Source of the DNA: an uncultured Verrucomicrobiae bacterium
GTDB lineage: Bacteria > Verrucomicrobiota > Verrucomicrobiia > Limisphaerales > Palsa-1400
Length of the DNA: 64,000 bases
Assembly: GCA_963707025.1 (NCBI GenBank)
Contig: CAVPOM010000014.1
Coordinates: forward strand, 224,001 to 288,000
Reading direction: 5' to 3'
The notes under the pieces: generated by a model
What the model was told of the DNA's origin: nothing
Seen by the model: the letters and a program-made list of their open reading frames with translations, nothing else
Databases searched by the model: none
Position numbers and translations under genes: made by a program
In this document: positions 10,102-23,186 of the stretch, piece by piece
Numbering within the stretch: position 1 is the first letter of the stretch
Layout: each line of letters starts with the position of its first letter

Positions 10102-10689
10102 ATGTGGCAATTCCTTACTGCTAACGTGATACCTTTTGTCACCGCGCTGCCGATCCTCATCGCCCTGTTGATTCAAGTCGTTTACAGGCGCTCGATTTTA
10201 CATCAAGAAAGTTTGTTGCTGGCCAACGAGGCCAGGCCGACTGTGGCCGGTCCGGATTGGGAGCATGATACCCGCATTGCCGAGGCCCGCCGGGCCTTGC
10301 AACGCCAGGAGGCCATCGTCGCTTGGAATGACCGCACGGTCAATTGTCTCAACGTTGGGCAGTATGTCATCGGAGGCGCTCTGGCCACCACTATCGTGCA
10401 GCCCTTTCTGTCACCGGGCATTGTGGGGTTCCTGGGCGTCCTGGTGGTGATTTCCGCGGTGATTCACCAGCGCTTCCGTCCCAACGTCAAGGCGCGCAAC
10501 GCTTCGGAGAGGACGGTCAATCTGCACCTTTTGCTTCGCAGGGCCGAGGACATGGTTTATGAGATGAAGCGCCAGAATTCCGTCGAGGGCATTCAACTGG
10601 TCAGGCAGATGATTTCTGACGGCCTCAACGACATCGAAAAGTCGGAGTTTGGTGAATCGAACAATCAAAATGGCGGCAGCGAAAAGTAA
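10102..10689 (+). CDS. Membrane protein, SLATT/DUF4231-like
   Basis: N-terminal TM, helical linker, two adjacent TM segments followed by FRP...A and a helical tail; lower GC than neighbours. Confidence 0.5.
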   Translation: MWQFLTANVIPFVTALPILIALLIQVVYRRSILHQESLLLANEARPTVAGPDWEHDTRIAEARRALQRQEAIVAWNDRTVNCLNVGQYVIGGALATTIVQPFLSPGIVGFLGVLVVISAVIHQRFRPNVKARNASERTVNLHLLLRRAEDMVYEMKRQNSVEGIQLVRQMISDGLNDIEKSEFGESNNQNGGSEK

Positions 10690-10920
10690 GAATTGCGCTC
10701 TCCCGGCCGGCGCCCCGCTCGCGGCTGGGGAAGGTGACTGGTCGGGTGGTTTCGGGTTCGAGCGGGTTCACTTTCTGCCGGTGTGAGGCTCTGCCAGGCA
10801 ACCCCTCCGCAGCCCGTTGCGATTCAACCTTCCAGCCCCGCCCCGTTAAAAGGCTCCCCATCCTCGCACAGAAGAGTGAGAAAGAAGACAAGAAGAGGTA
10901 TTGCTGGAACCATTTCCCCA

Positions 10921-11660
10921 TTGACAACACCTCGGTTAAATGCTAATTTTGTATAGTGAAGAGGGCGGTTTCTATGGAGTGCGGGAGCTGGCTCCCGCTT
11001 TTGGATCGGGAACGATTCCCGGAGAGCAAAGCGATGCCGACCCGTCGGCACACTCCAAAGCGTCCGAGGTTCCATGTCCAATCCCGGCCCTGCCGGGACC
11101 ACGCAGGCTTCAACACTCAAAATCCTGTGCCTCCCGTTCATCCTGTCCCCAAAGCAACCGTGCTGCCCCAATTTGTCGCACCCATTAAAACTCCATCCCT
11201 CTCACCCTGCTTCCCATTTTGCATTTCCTGTCCTCCGTCGGCCCTGCGGAGGAGGATGCATTTGCCTCCCCACCCGGTCAAACCGGTCAAACCGGTCACA
11301 CCCAGTCAAACCATGTTTTCAACCTTGACCATGCCCACCACTCCGTTGTCACGCAATAGCGAAGCGACCGCGGATGAGCCTTTTTGCGAAAAATCGTCTC
11401 AAGTGCCTTTCCATGAACAATTTACACACTAAACCTGGCCATTTCCAATTAAGGCCAATCAAGCCTAATCAAGGTGTTTTTATGCTCACAGCACCCAAAC
11501 AATGGAGACTTGTGCGGCTTTCTTGTCCCAACTCGTCCGCCACAACCTCGGCCACGCGGGAGCTTCAACGACGGCGGCCTCTTTGCAGAAAACCAAGTCA
11601 AGTGCCTGGACATGAACAATTTACGCTCCAAAATGGGTTCTCCAAACCGAGCCTCCAATT
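10921..11660 (+). repeat. Promoter-headed modular intergenic element, copy A
   Basis: TTGACA-N17-TAATTT at 10921-10949; GGTCAAACC repeats 11276-11312; core AAGTGCCTTTCCATGAACAATTTAC at 11401 and a variant at 11600; CCAATCAAGC 10-mers 11455-11480. Confidence 0.75.
10976..11056. repeat. Inverted pair of GGAG-type REP-like palindromes
   Basis: GGAGTGCGGGAGCTGGCTCCCGCTTT (10976-11001) and AAAGCGATGCCGACCCGTCGGCACACTCC (11028-11056). Confidence 0.7.
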
Positions 11661-11738
11661 GGGCTGATCGAGGCTTGCCTCTAATTCGCGTTGCCAACAT
11701 TTGAATGAATTTCCGCAATTTTTGACCACGTTTGGCGA

Positions 11739-11766
11739 TTGACTCAGAGCCTTGCTTTGTTAAATT
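11739..11766 (+). promoter_or_regulatory. Putative sigma70 promoter of ppdK
   Basis: TTGACT-N16-TAAATT with extended TGn. Confidence 0.45.
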
Positions 11767-11794
11767 GCGTCACAAATTTAAAAGGAAACTACTT

Positions 11795-14542
<2,748 letters not shown>

Positions 14543-14551
14543 TTCATCCGG

Positions 14552-17344
14552 CTACCCAACGGTGCAGGCCTGGCCGGCCTGGAGCGAAACCGCTTGCGCA
14601 AATTCCAGCGTGGCCAGCGCCCCTTGGCGCGCGGCCCGGGTTTCCACCGCGCGTCCGGCGACGTGAACGGCCAGTCTGGTTCCGGGCAGGTTCACCTGGA
14701 GTTTCTTGAAGGTCAGGCTGCCGGACTGGCACTCCAGGCTCAGGGTTCCGCCCTTGCGGCTGATCCGGCCAAAACCCGAAGCGGTCACCCAGGGCGCGTG
14801 GAAGTCGCCGGGCACGGACGGAATGATTGTCAACAATTGCGCCGGCCAATCCGGCTTGAAACCCGTCGCGGCCAGCAGCGTGGTCCAACTGCTCATGGCC
14901 CGCGTGTAGTGTCCCCCGCATTCCACATGGTTCCAGGGCATCCCCGCCCGAAGGTAGCGGCGATGGACCGCTTCCACCAGACGGGCCCCTTCGGCATAAC
15001 GTCCGTGGTCCATCAAAAACGAGGCGAAGGCAAACTCGATTCCGGACCACACGCCTCCCGCCTGGTGGTTGTTCATGGCCGGTCCATCCTTCCCGCCTTT
15101 GGGCGCGGTGGCATTGTGCAGGCCGACTTCCGGGCTGTAGTTGTATTTCCAAATGCTGTCCACGGCCCGGTTCAGATTCTTCTCCGAGATGGTGATGGGC
15201 AGGCCCATCAAATGGCTGAACCACTCGCCGCTGATTTGGTCGCTCATGCAGATTTCATCGCGCAGGTCCCCGTCCACCCACAGGCTGTAATATTCGCCGT
15301 TGAAGAGAAGCCGGTCGAAGCTGGCGCATGATTTGTCAAGAAGAGCTTGAAAGCGTTGGGCCTCATCCGGCTGCTCCAGGTCGCGGGCCATGCGGATGGC
15401 GGCGCGCAAGCTTCCAATCCAGAGGGAGGCGACGTAAGAGGGAGCGCCGCGCAATCCCCACTGGTCGTAGGTCTGCAATCCGGTGTTTTTGTCGGGGAGG
15501 CCGTCTCCATCCGTGTCCAGTGAGCCGGTGTATGCCATGGCCTTGACCACGCCCGGCCACATGGTTTTGAGATAATCCATGTTCCCGGTCCAAAGATAAT
15601 CGCGGCAGACCATCATGACCCACTGCGGGTTCATATCCACCCGGGCAAAGCCCCGGTCCACCCCCGTGAAGCGGTTGTTGTAATTATGCGGCACCTGGCC
15701 CTCTTCATTTTGAAAGGTGCCGATATGCTTCATCTGATCGAGTTTCAACTCGGGAAACATCGCGACCACCGACGAACTGCCGTCGAAATCCACGTCCGTC
15801 GTGCTCTGGCCGCAGCAGCCCAATCCCTCCCAGATGGAATAATGGCCCTCCTTGCTCCACCAAGTATTCTTGACCAGCGTTCCCAACTGGCTGGACCAGA
15901 CGAAGGACAGCGGCTGGCCCAGGGACGTGTCGGCCAGGGCGCGCGCAAATTTCTCGGTCTCCTGGCGATGCGCCGCGTAGTTGGACGAAAGGAAGGCATT
16001 GACTTCGGCGGCGTCCTTGAACCAATTGGCGTACATGTGGCCGATCTCCCGGCCGCCAGGGGCGTGGAAGGGAAAGAACCAACCGAGGGTGAATCGCACC
16101 TCCACTCGTTGTCCCGGCGCCAGCGTGACGGTCGAAGCCAGCGCGCCCGTGCCCCAAGTGGAGCCAAGGCGGTCGGTCCCGGCCAGATTGCCGGAGAGGT
16201 TGCGGGCGATTTCCTTGAGCAACATCTTGTTCTGCTCGTCGGTGTCCGCTCCGGTGGGATCGGCCGCGCGGGCCTCGACAATGACCTGACGGAGCAACGC
16301 GTCGCCGGAAAGCTCCTGCATCCAGGTTTTGACCTGTGCGCTGGCGAGAGCGTCAATTTCAGCGGAGGTGAGTTTGAAGGCCTGGGCGGGATCGCTCGCC
16401 GCTTCTGTGTTGGGCAGCCGGCCGGTCTTGAAAAAATCCTTGAGCAAATCCAGCAACATGGATTGGACGCGGCGCGAATTCCAGTCGCACATTCCTGGCA
16501 GGGCGAATTGCCGGAAAGTGCCGCTGATCCAGGAATGGTCTCCGCCCGCGACGCTCAGGCACAGGCTGCCGAGGTCTGCTCTCTGTTCCTCCTGCGCTTC
16601 CGTATGCATGACAAGACTGGAAGAAGCACCCTCATGGCGCAAAGTGTTTTTAAGCTGGCGGTTGCCCAGCGTCGAAACCACCGGATTGTCCAGCACCGAA
16701 AGCAAGGAAGCCTGCACCGTTTCCCTGGAGGTGTTTTCCAGGGTGAAGACGACATGAAAGCCGGGCGTGGCCGAGTCGCGGGCTTTGCCCGGCATGAAAG
16801 GAGAAAAGGCGGTGGCGCTGACGCGCACCGGCAACGAGCCGTCGCGGTAGTGCAGCGTGGTCATGGGATACCAGGCCTCGTAATCAATGGCCTCAACGTC
16901 CTGCACATAGCCCATGGAATAGAGATCGTTCTCATTGGACCTCAGGTAAAGACGCCGCAATTGCTGCCCGCCGCCGTCCGGTTTGCCGGCCCACAACAGA
17001 AAACGAAGATTCGGCGGCACGCCCGCGCCAGCTCCCGCTCCACCCCCTCTGCGGCCTCCTCCCCCCCACTGGCCGGAATTAAGGATTTGCCACTCGTAAA
17101 AGCATCCATCGGGCCGGAGTTCGACGAAGCCGGTGCCGATGCCGCCGAGCGGCGCGCCTGAGCCCATCCCCATGCTCGAAGGTATCGCGACCGCGCCTCC
17201 CGCAACACCCGGCCCATTGCGGACGAGGTCCTCGACTTTAAATGGCGGCGACGTCGCTGCCGCTTCGGACGGCGATGACTTCAAGGCCAGGGTGGCGGAG
17301 GCGGCGGTGGCCGCTCCCAAAAATTTACGGCGGGACATTGACAT
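14552..17344 (-). CDS. Glycoside hydrolase family 116, Tat-exported
   Basis: SRRKFL Tat motif, GAPLGGIGTG, TYDQW, GVWSGIEF, ECGGHYTRAMSSW. Confidence 0.85.
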   Translation of the reverse strand: MSMSRRKFLGAATAASATLALKSSPSEAAATSPPFKVEDLVRNGPGVAGGAVAIPSSMGMGSGAPLGGIGTGFVELRPDGCFYEWQILNSGQWGGGGRRGGGAGAGAGVPPNLRFLLWAGKPDGGGQQLRRLYLRSNENDLYSMGYVQDVEAIDYEAWYPMTTLHYRDGSLPVRVSATAFSPFMPGKARDSATPGFHVVFTLENTSRETVQASLLSVLDNPVVSTLGNRQLKNTLRHEGASSSLVMHTEAQEEQRADLGSLCLSVAGGDHSWISGTFRQFALPGMCDWNSRRVQSMLLDLLKDFFKTGRLPNTEAASDPAQAFKLTSAEIDALASAQVKTWMQELSGDALLRQVIVEARAADPTGADTDEQNKMLLKEIARNLSGNLAGTDRLGSTWGTGALASTVTLAPGQRVEVRFTLGWFFPFHAPGGREIGHMYANWFKDAAEVNAFLSSNYAAHRQETEKFARALADTSLGQPLSFVWSSQLGTLVKNTWWSKEGHYSIWEGLGCCGQSTTDVDFDGSSSVVAMFPELKLDQMKHIGTFQNEEGQVPHNYNNRFTGVDRGFARVDMNPQWVMMVCRDYLWTGNMDYLKTMWPGVVKAMAYTGSLDTDGDGLPDKNTGLQTYDQWGLRGAPSYVASLWIGSLRAAIRMARDLEQPDEAQRFQALLDKSCASFDRLLFNGEYYSLWVDGDLRDEICMSDQISGEWFSHLMGLPITISEKNLNRAVDSIWKYNYSPEVGLHNATAPKGGKDGPAMNNHQAGGVWSGIEFAFASFLMDHGRYAEGARLVEAVHRRYLRAGMPWNHVECGGHYTRAMSSWTTLLAATGFKPDWPAQLLTIIPSVPGDFHAPWVTASGFGRISRKGGTLSLECQSGSLTFKKLQVNLPGTRLAVHVAGRAVETRAARQGALATLEFAQAVSLQAGQACTVG

Positions 17345-17377
17345 AATTGATTCCTTTGTTCGGCAACGCTTCGTTAT

Positions 17378-17453
17378 TAATCCTAATCTTTATCCTAATC
17401 TTAATCTCATTCCTGCCACGGGTCATCAGAAGAGGATTACCATTGAGATTAGG
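17378..17453. repeat. Hexamer (TAATCY) tandem array with an inverted partial copy
   Basis: TAATCC TAATCT TTATCC TAATCT TAATCT CATTCC, then AGGATT ACCATT GAGATTAGG. Confidence 0.7.
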
Positions 17454-17591
17454 TGAAGGCGCCGCAATCCGCCATCCAAAAATGTGATGCCCCTGCCCGC
17501 AATAAACCGATCAAGAGATTTCAAATAAGCCTTGCACCCTGGCGGCGGATTTGTCACGCTTCAGACTCGAGACAAAGAATTGGAGCCCGAT

Positions 17592-18353
17592 ATGCCACCT
17601 CTCCACATCGCTTTTCGCAACGGCCGCCAGGTGTTGACGGTCGGCAAGGTTCCTCTCGTCGTCGGCACTCTCTCCTCCCTGGCCCGCAAATTCCCGCCGC
17701 CGCGCCAGAAGGTTGACTGCGATGTGGTGGAGGTTCGACTGGACAAAACCGGGCCTCCGCCGGACTGGCTGGCCCGCTGCCGGGAGATCCAGGACCGGGG
17801 CTGGCCGGTGCTCCTGACCATCCGCCTCAAGGACGAAGGCGGGCAGTGGGATGAAGGGGATGCGCGACGGCTCCCCCTCTTCGGGCAGGGGTTGTATGAA
17901 CTGGCCGGCGCGGACGTGGAGTGGCGCAGCCATATCGTCCATCGCGTGGCCATATTGGCAAAACGCTTGCGCAAGATCTGTGTCATTTCCTATCACGATT
18001 TTAACAAAACGCCCCCGGCCGAAAAATTGGCCGCCATCATCATGGAAGCCCAGAAACTGGCCTCCATCGTCAAAATCTCCACCCGCCTAAACACTCCGGA
18101 TGACGAAGCAACCTTGCGCCTCTTGCTGGCCCACAAATGGAAAAGGCCGCTCTGCGTCATCGGCATGGGTCCGGCGTGGACCCGCACCCGGGTGTCGTTT
18201 CCCCAGCTCGGTTCGTGCCTGGCTTACGGCTATCTGGACAAGCCGACCGCCCCCGGGCAATTGTCCGCCGCCGAATTGACCCGCCAGCTTCGCGAACAAA
18301 AGCCGCCGGCTGTCAATACAGAGCCGTCAAAACCAGCGGGCGGACAAAGCTAA
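17592..18353 (+). CDS. aroD: Type I 3-dehydroquinate dehydratase
   Basis: DVVEVRLD, LTIRLKDEGG, ISYHDFNKTP, IVKI, TAPGQ. Confidence 0.9.
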   Translation: MPPLHIAFRNGRQVLTVGKVPLVVGTLSSLARKFPPPRQKVDCDVVEVRLDKTGPPPDWLARCREIQDRGWPVLLTIRLKDEGGQWDEGDARRLPLFGQGLYELAGADVEWRSHIVHRVAILAKRLRKICVISYHDFNKTPPAEKLAAIIMEAQKLASIVKISTRLNTPDDEATLRLLLAHKWKRPLCVIGMGPAWTRTRVSFPQLGSCLAYGYLDKPTAPGQLSAAELTRQLREQKPPAVNTEPSKPAGGQS

Positions 18354-18441
18354 ATGGCGGGGTGGGTGCTGCGTGCCGCCACGCGCGGCCCGCGGCCATC
18401 GGGCGCGCGCGCTCCCCGCCAGCCGCAGAAAACCGGCCCCT

Positions 18442-19636
18442 TTACTTTCCCCGGAGGTTCCAATTCAAACGGTCCTTCTTCGCGTAATAGAGCAGGCCCG
18501 CCACCCGCATAACCACCGTCAGGGTGTAAAGAGAAAGAAACTCCGCGACAATGGGCGCCACCACCGGCATATCCACATTGTCACGCAGCCACCTGGCCGC
18601 CTCGCCCGAACTGAGCATCAGCAGCCCCAAAACCAAACAAGTCGCCACATATTCCAGGGGCACGCGCAGGATGGAAAGCAAAACCAACACCGGATTCAAC
18701 GCCACCAAGTTGTCGTAAATCGCCAGCGCCAGGAGAGCCATTGGCATATACACCAAGCCACCGATCAACAAAGTCCCGGCCAGCCACGCCTGATGAGGGT
18801 GGACAAACCAAACATAACAACAGCCCGGTCCCAGGCAGACCAGGAAAACCGCCAGAAGTTTCGAAAAATGGATAGAAACCGCTTTCCACCCACCCGTCGT
18901 ACTCCGGCCAGTCGGGCATTTCCTCATCGCCCTGCGCGGTGGTCGCAATAATGGTTTTCAAGAACGAGAAAAGATAGCCGACGCAAAAAATGGCGATCGC
19001 CAAACCGATAAGAATGCCTATCCCAAATGGGGCAAAGAGCGCCACTCTTTGCATGAAATTCAGCATGACAAAGAAAATCGCTCCTCCCAGCAGCAAAACC
19101 AGGCCGCTGCGCCGGAAGGGAAAGACAAACGCGCCGGGAATGGCCGCGAAAAAACTCTGCGGCCGGCGGCCGGACGGCTTCGCTCCCACGCGAATCCGCG
19201 GCGCGGCCGCGGAGGCCGTTGCGCCTGGCATGGGCGGCGGCAACGGCACATCGGCGGAAGCCGTGCTGAACGCCGTCGCGGCGGGCGGCTCCAGCAGCAG
19301 CGCGCCTCTGGCCGGAACCGCGCCGGGCGCCGGCCAGGGTGCGTTTTCCAGTGTGAAGACTATCTCCACCTCGCCGAGTCGGAGGATTTGCCCGCGTTGC
19401 CAGGGACTTTCCCGCACCGGCGTTCCATCGAGCAGGGTTCCATTGGTCGAGCCGAGGTCTTTCCCCATCCAGGCCCCGTCCTTCGCCATGATTTCGCAAT
19501 GCGCTCCGGAAACAGAGGGATGGCTGATTTGAAAGTCGGTATTGAGCGACCGGCCGAACCGGTTGACGCCGGGCTTGAGTTCTATCTCCCATGCTGGCGC
19601 TCCCGGGACGTTGATGCTAAGCTTGTCCATGACCAA
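18442..19636 (-). CDS. FHA-domain membrane protein, frameshifted near 18865
   Basis: FHA motifs GR, SVSGAH, DLGSTNGT; TM region continues in ORF 18442-18948 after one extra base in CCATTTTTCGAAA. Confidence 0.75.
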
Positions 19637-19710
19637 CGGGTTTGAAGGGATGGTCCTGGATTACATCCGCAAAGTCAATCCGGCTTTTTCAGGCCGAAGG
19701 AAAGGAAATT

Positions 19711-20046
19711 ATGTCTGATCTGGCGCAAAAAGAATGTGTCCCGTGCCAAGGCGGCGCGCCGCCGTTAAAGGCCGGTGATTTGGCGCGGCTCTCCGGCCAA
19801 CTGGCCGCCGGCTGGCGCGTGGTGAATGAACACCATCTCGAACGCGAATTCAAATTCCCCGACTTCCGCCAGGCCCTGGCCTTCACCAACCGGGCCGGCC
19901 AACTGGCCGAATCCCAAAATCATCACCCCGACATTTACCTGGCCTGGGGCAAGGTCAAACTGACCCTCTGGACGCACAAAATTGACGGCCTGACCGAGAG
20001 CGATTTTGTCTTCGCGGCCAAGGTGGACCAATTGCCGGTTGCTTGA
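19711..20046 (+). CDS. phhB: Pterin-4-alpha-carbinolamine dehydratase
   Basis: AESQNHHPDI, WTHKIDGLTESDF. Confidence 0.9.
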   Translation: MSDLAQKECVPCQGGAPPLKAGDLARLSGQLAAGWRVVNEHHLEREFKFPDFRQALAFTNRAGQLAESQNHHPDIYLAWGKVKLTLWTHKIDGLTESDFVFAAKVDQLPVA

Positions 20047-20113
20047 CACCTCTTCGTTTCCGAATTCGCCGGTCTCCGCCAGGGCGGCGCGCTCTTCCCG
20101 CCGTGAATCGCGG

Positions 20114-20794
20114 CTACCGGTCCTGCAAACTATGCACCCATTGGATGGCCTGCTGAAGGAGCTGGGTGCCGTCCGTCAATTTCAATTTTTCCTTGATGCG
20201 GGCGCGGTAGGACTCGACCGTCTTGATGCCGAGGTGGAGTTCCTCCGCGATGCGACGGGTCCCCTGCCCCCGCCCAATCAGTTGGAACACCTCCAGTTCC
20301 CGGTCGGTCAGGCGTTCCACGGGGGAACCGGCCTCCGGGTGGCGGCCCAGCACCAATTTGTGCAACATGCGGGTCGCCATTTTTTCGCTCACGTAAATCT
20401 GCCCGCTCAAGACCTGGCGGATGGCAAAAAGAATTTTTTTGGTGGCTTCCTGCTTGGTGATGTAGCCCTTGGCCCCGGCCCGCAAGACCCGCTCGGCGTA
20501 AAGCGACTCATCGTGCATCGAGAGCACCAGCACCGGCAGCGACGGCAAACGCACCTGCAGGTCCTTGACCAGCTCCAGCCCGTGCGTGGTCTTGAGGGAA
20601 ATGTCGGCGATGACAATGTCCGGGTGGCTTAGTTCGATCTTGGTCACCGCCTCGTGCGCGTCCTCGGCCTCGCCGCACACCTCCATGTCGTTTTCACGTT
20701 GGATCAACTGGCTGAGCAACTCGCGCACCAGCGGGTGGTCATCAACCAGAAACACCTTGGTCTTGGTCTGGTCAGGCTTGGTTCGATTGGACAT
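20114..20794 (-). CDS. NarL/LuxR-family response regulator
   Basis: VDDHPLVR, LSMHDE, GAKGYITK, LTDRELEV HTH. Confidence 0.92.
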   Translation of the reverse strand: MSNRTKPDQTKTKVFLVDDHPLVRELLSQLIQRENDMEVCGEAEDAHEAVTKIELSHPDIVIADISLKTTHGLELVKDLQVRLPSLPVLVLSMHDESLYAERVLRAGAKGYITKQEATKKILFAIRQVLSGQIYVSEKMATRMLHKLVLGRHPEAGSPVERLTDRELEVFQLIGRGQGTRRIAEELHLGIKTVESYRARIKEKLKLTDGTQLLQQAIQWVHSLQDR

Positions 20795-22378
20795 GTTCGT
20801 GCTCTCGTGCTGCTGCATTGGGGAAGGAGCAAATAACAATCGTGCCGCCGCCCGCGCCCCGGCGAATGTCCAGCGAGGCCCCGATCATGCCGGCGCGGTA
20901 ATTCATGATGCTCAGGCCCATGCCGCCCTTGTTCTCCACCGAGTCCGGAAAACCCACCCCGTCGTCCTTCACCGTCAGCGTCACCTCCTCCTCCACCGCC
21001 CCCAATCCGACGGAAATGGTGGCGCAGCCGCCATGTTTGACAGCATTGTTGATCGCCTCCTGCGCGATGCGGTATAAATTGCTGCCCGCCACTTCGTCAA
21101 AGATGCAGACCTCCTCATCGCAGGAAAAGCGGCAGGTGATGCCGGTGCGGGCCTGCACGCTGGCCGCCAGCTCCTCCAGGGCCGAAGCCAGGCCGTCCAC
21201 CTCCAGCCGCACCGGGTAAAGCCCGCGGGCCAGATTGCGCGCCTGGGAAATGCCTTCGTTGACCATTTCCACAATGGCCTCGGCTTGGGTTGCTTCGGGG
21301 CAAGCTGCCGGGCCAGATTCTCCCGCAACAATTCGCCCGCAAAGGCCACGCTCACCAAATGCTGGCACAGGCTGTCGTGCAAATCCTGCCCGATGCGCCG
21401 CTGCTCGCGGTCACTGATGCCGGTGATTTGCTTTTCCATCAGCTTACGCGAAGTCAGGTCGGAAAGCACCACCACGCCCCCCTGCACCTTGCCATGTTCG
21501 TCTATCAGCGGCCGGCCCGTCGCCAGCAGCCAGATGCCGTCCCCGCCGGTGGCGTCGCGCAAAAATATCTCCGCCCCGTTGATCTCCTCCCCCAGGATGG
21601 CGCGCAAGAGCGGATGTTCGCCGCCGCGATCCGCCGGCGTGTCCGGCCCATGCGCCTGGAATTGTTCCAGCCACTGGGACGGCGGGATTTCCCCCAGGCC
21701 GGTTCGCACCAGCCGTGCCGCCGCGGGATTGAACAGGATGATATCTCCCCGGGCATCCGCCACCATCACCCCGTCGCCCATGCTGTTGAGGATGGATTGC
21801 AAAATGCCGCGCTGTTGGCGCAAGGCGCTTTCCGATTGGACCAATTGAGTGGCGCGCTGTTCGGCGGCCGCGCTCCGTTCCGCCACGCGCTGCTCCAAAG
21901 TCTCGTTGAGCAATTTCAGGTTCGCCTCCGCCCGTCTCCGTTCCGCCACTTCGTTCTGCAACGCGCTGTTGGCCTGCCCCAGCTCCAGCGTCCGCTCCTT
22001 CACCCGCGTTTCCAGCCCTTCGTGCGCGCGGCGCAACGCCTCCTCCACCCGCTTGCGTTCCGCCACCTCCGCCATGAGGATGGCCGAGACGGCGAAAACC
22101 ATGAACCTCATGGCCGCGCCCCAAAACAGAGTCCAGGGCCTGTCCACGGTGGTGGCAATCATAATCTTCGCCGTATACCAAGCCGCCGCCGAGGCCAAGG
22201 CAATGATCAATCCAGGCCCGCGTCCGGAGAACCACGCCACAAAGCAGATGGGGACAAGATAGAAAACCAGCAGCGCGACCGGGCCGATGACGTAATCCAT
22301 CGCCCCGATGTACGCGACCACGATCAAGCCCAGGACGACGAACGTGGTGTGCGATTTTCGACTTAGGGTACTCAACAA
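20772..22378 (-). CDS. Membrane PAS sensor histidine kinase (HisKA_3 type), frameshifted near 21300
   Basis: EQRRIGQDLHD H-box in ORF 20981-22378; QEAINNAVKH, DDGVG, GMGL in ORF 20772-21368. Confidence 0.85.
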
Positions 22379-22495
22379 CTTTCACGCCCCCACAATATAC
22401 AACCGCCCCGGATTGTGGAAAGCTTAAAATCCACACGTTCCGGGGAACTCCCGCCCGATTGGAAAGGCGAAATCACCCTCACAGAAAGATAGTGC

Positions 22496-23050
22496 CTACC
22501 GCTCGCCTGCTCGAAACACCACCATACCCAGCACGGCAACGAACAATCCAAACGCCATGCGCAGGCCGCTGCCGATGCGCGTGCGCTGCTCGCTGGCCGT
22601 GAACCAATTCAGCAAATCCCGCATCCGCCACGGCCAGGCCGTGAACCAGATCCCGGCCAGCACCAGCGCGTAGGCCCACACCGCAATCACCAGCCGCCAC
22701 TCGCTGTCGGCCCATCGTTGCGTATCCAGCATCAACTTGGCCAGCAGCAACATCACCACCGCCAGGCCCCGCGCCGCCAGAAAATCCTTCACATACACGC
22801 ACGTCCCCACGCCCACCCCGGCGAACAGCACGTAAAGGTAAGGTTTCATCGCCTCGAAATCGGCCAGCGATTCGCCCTGCACGTTCCAGATGAACCACCC
22901 CGTCCCCAGCAGCATGAAGACATAGCCCAGCGGGAGCGAGCGCGGCAGTTTGCGCGCCGCCGCCGCGAACTCCGCCGGCTTGAGCAAGCCGAACAAATTC
23001 AGCGCCGCCATTCCCAGTCCCAGACAAATTGATAATGTGGACAGTTTCAT
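22496..23050 (-). CDS. Hypothetical integral membrane protein
   Basis: About six hydrophobic segments; downstream of miaB. Confidence 0.7.
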   Translation of the reverse strand: MKLSTLSICLGLGMAALNLFGLLKPAEFAAAARKLPRSLPLGYVFMLLGTGWFIWNVQGESLADFEAMKPYLYVLFAGVGVGTCVYVKDFLAARGLAVVMLLLAKLMLDTQRWADSEWRLVIAVWAYALVLAGIWFTAWPWRMRDLLNWFTASEQRTRIGSGLRMAFGLFVAVLGMVVFRAGER

Positions 23051-23100
23051 GCGCAATGTCGCCGCGCAAACGAACACAAAAACCCCGCCGAAGCAACTTC

Positions 23101-23186
23101 TAAATGCAAAATGAAAAATGCAGAATCAGGAATCCGTTCCAGCCGCCCATATATTTATTCATTTTGTATTTTGCATTTTGCATTCA
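23101..23186. repeat. Inverted heptamer (CAAAATG-type) tandem arrays overlapping the miaB 3' end
   Basis: TAAATG CAAAATG AAAAATG CAGAAT and the inverse CATTTTG TATTTTG CATTTTG CATTC. Confidence 0.7.

Noticed and set aside
10956..11704. ORFs 10956-11432, 11374-11667, 11474-11704 (and 35901-36293, 54313-54708) as proteins
   Set aside because: Built from REPs and tandem repeats, with shared motifs read in different frames between copies; not called as CDS, although leaderless translation is not excluded.
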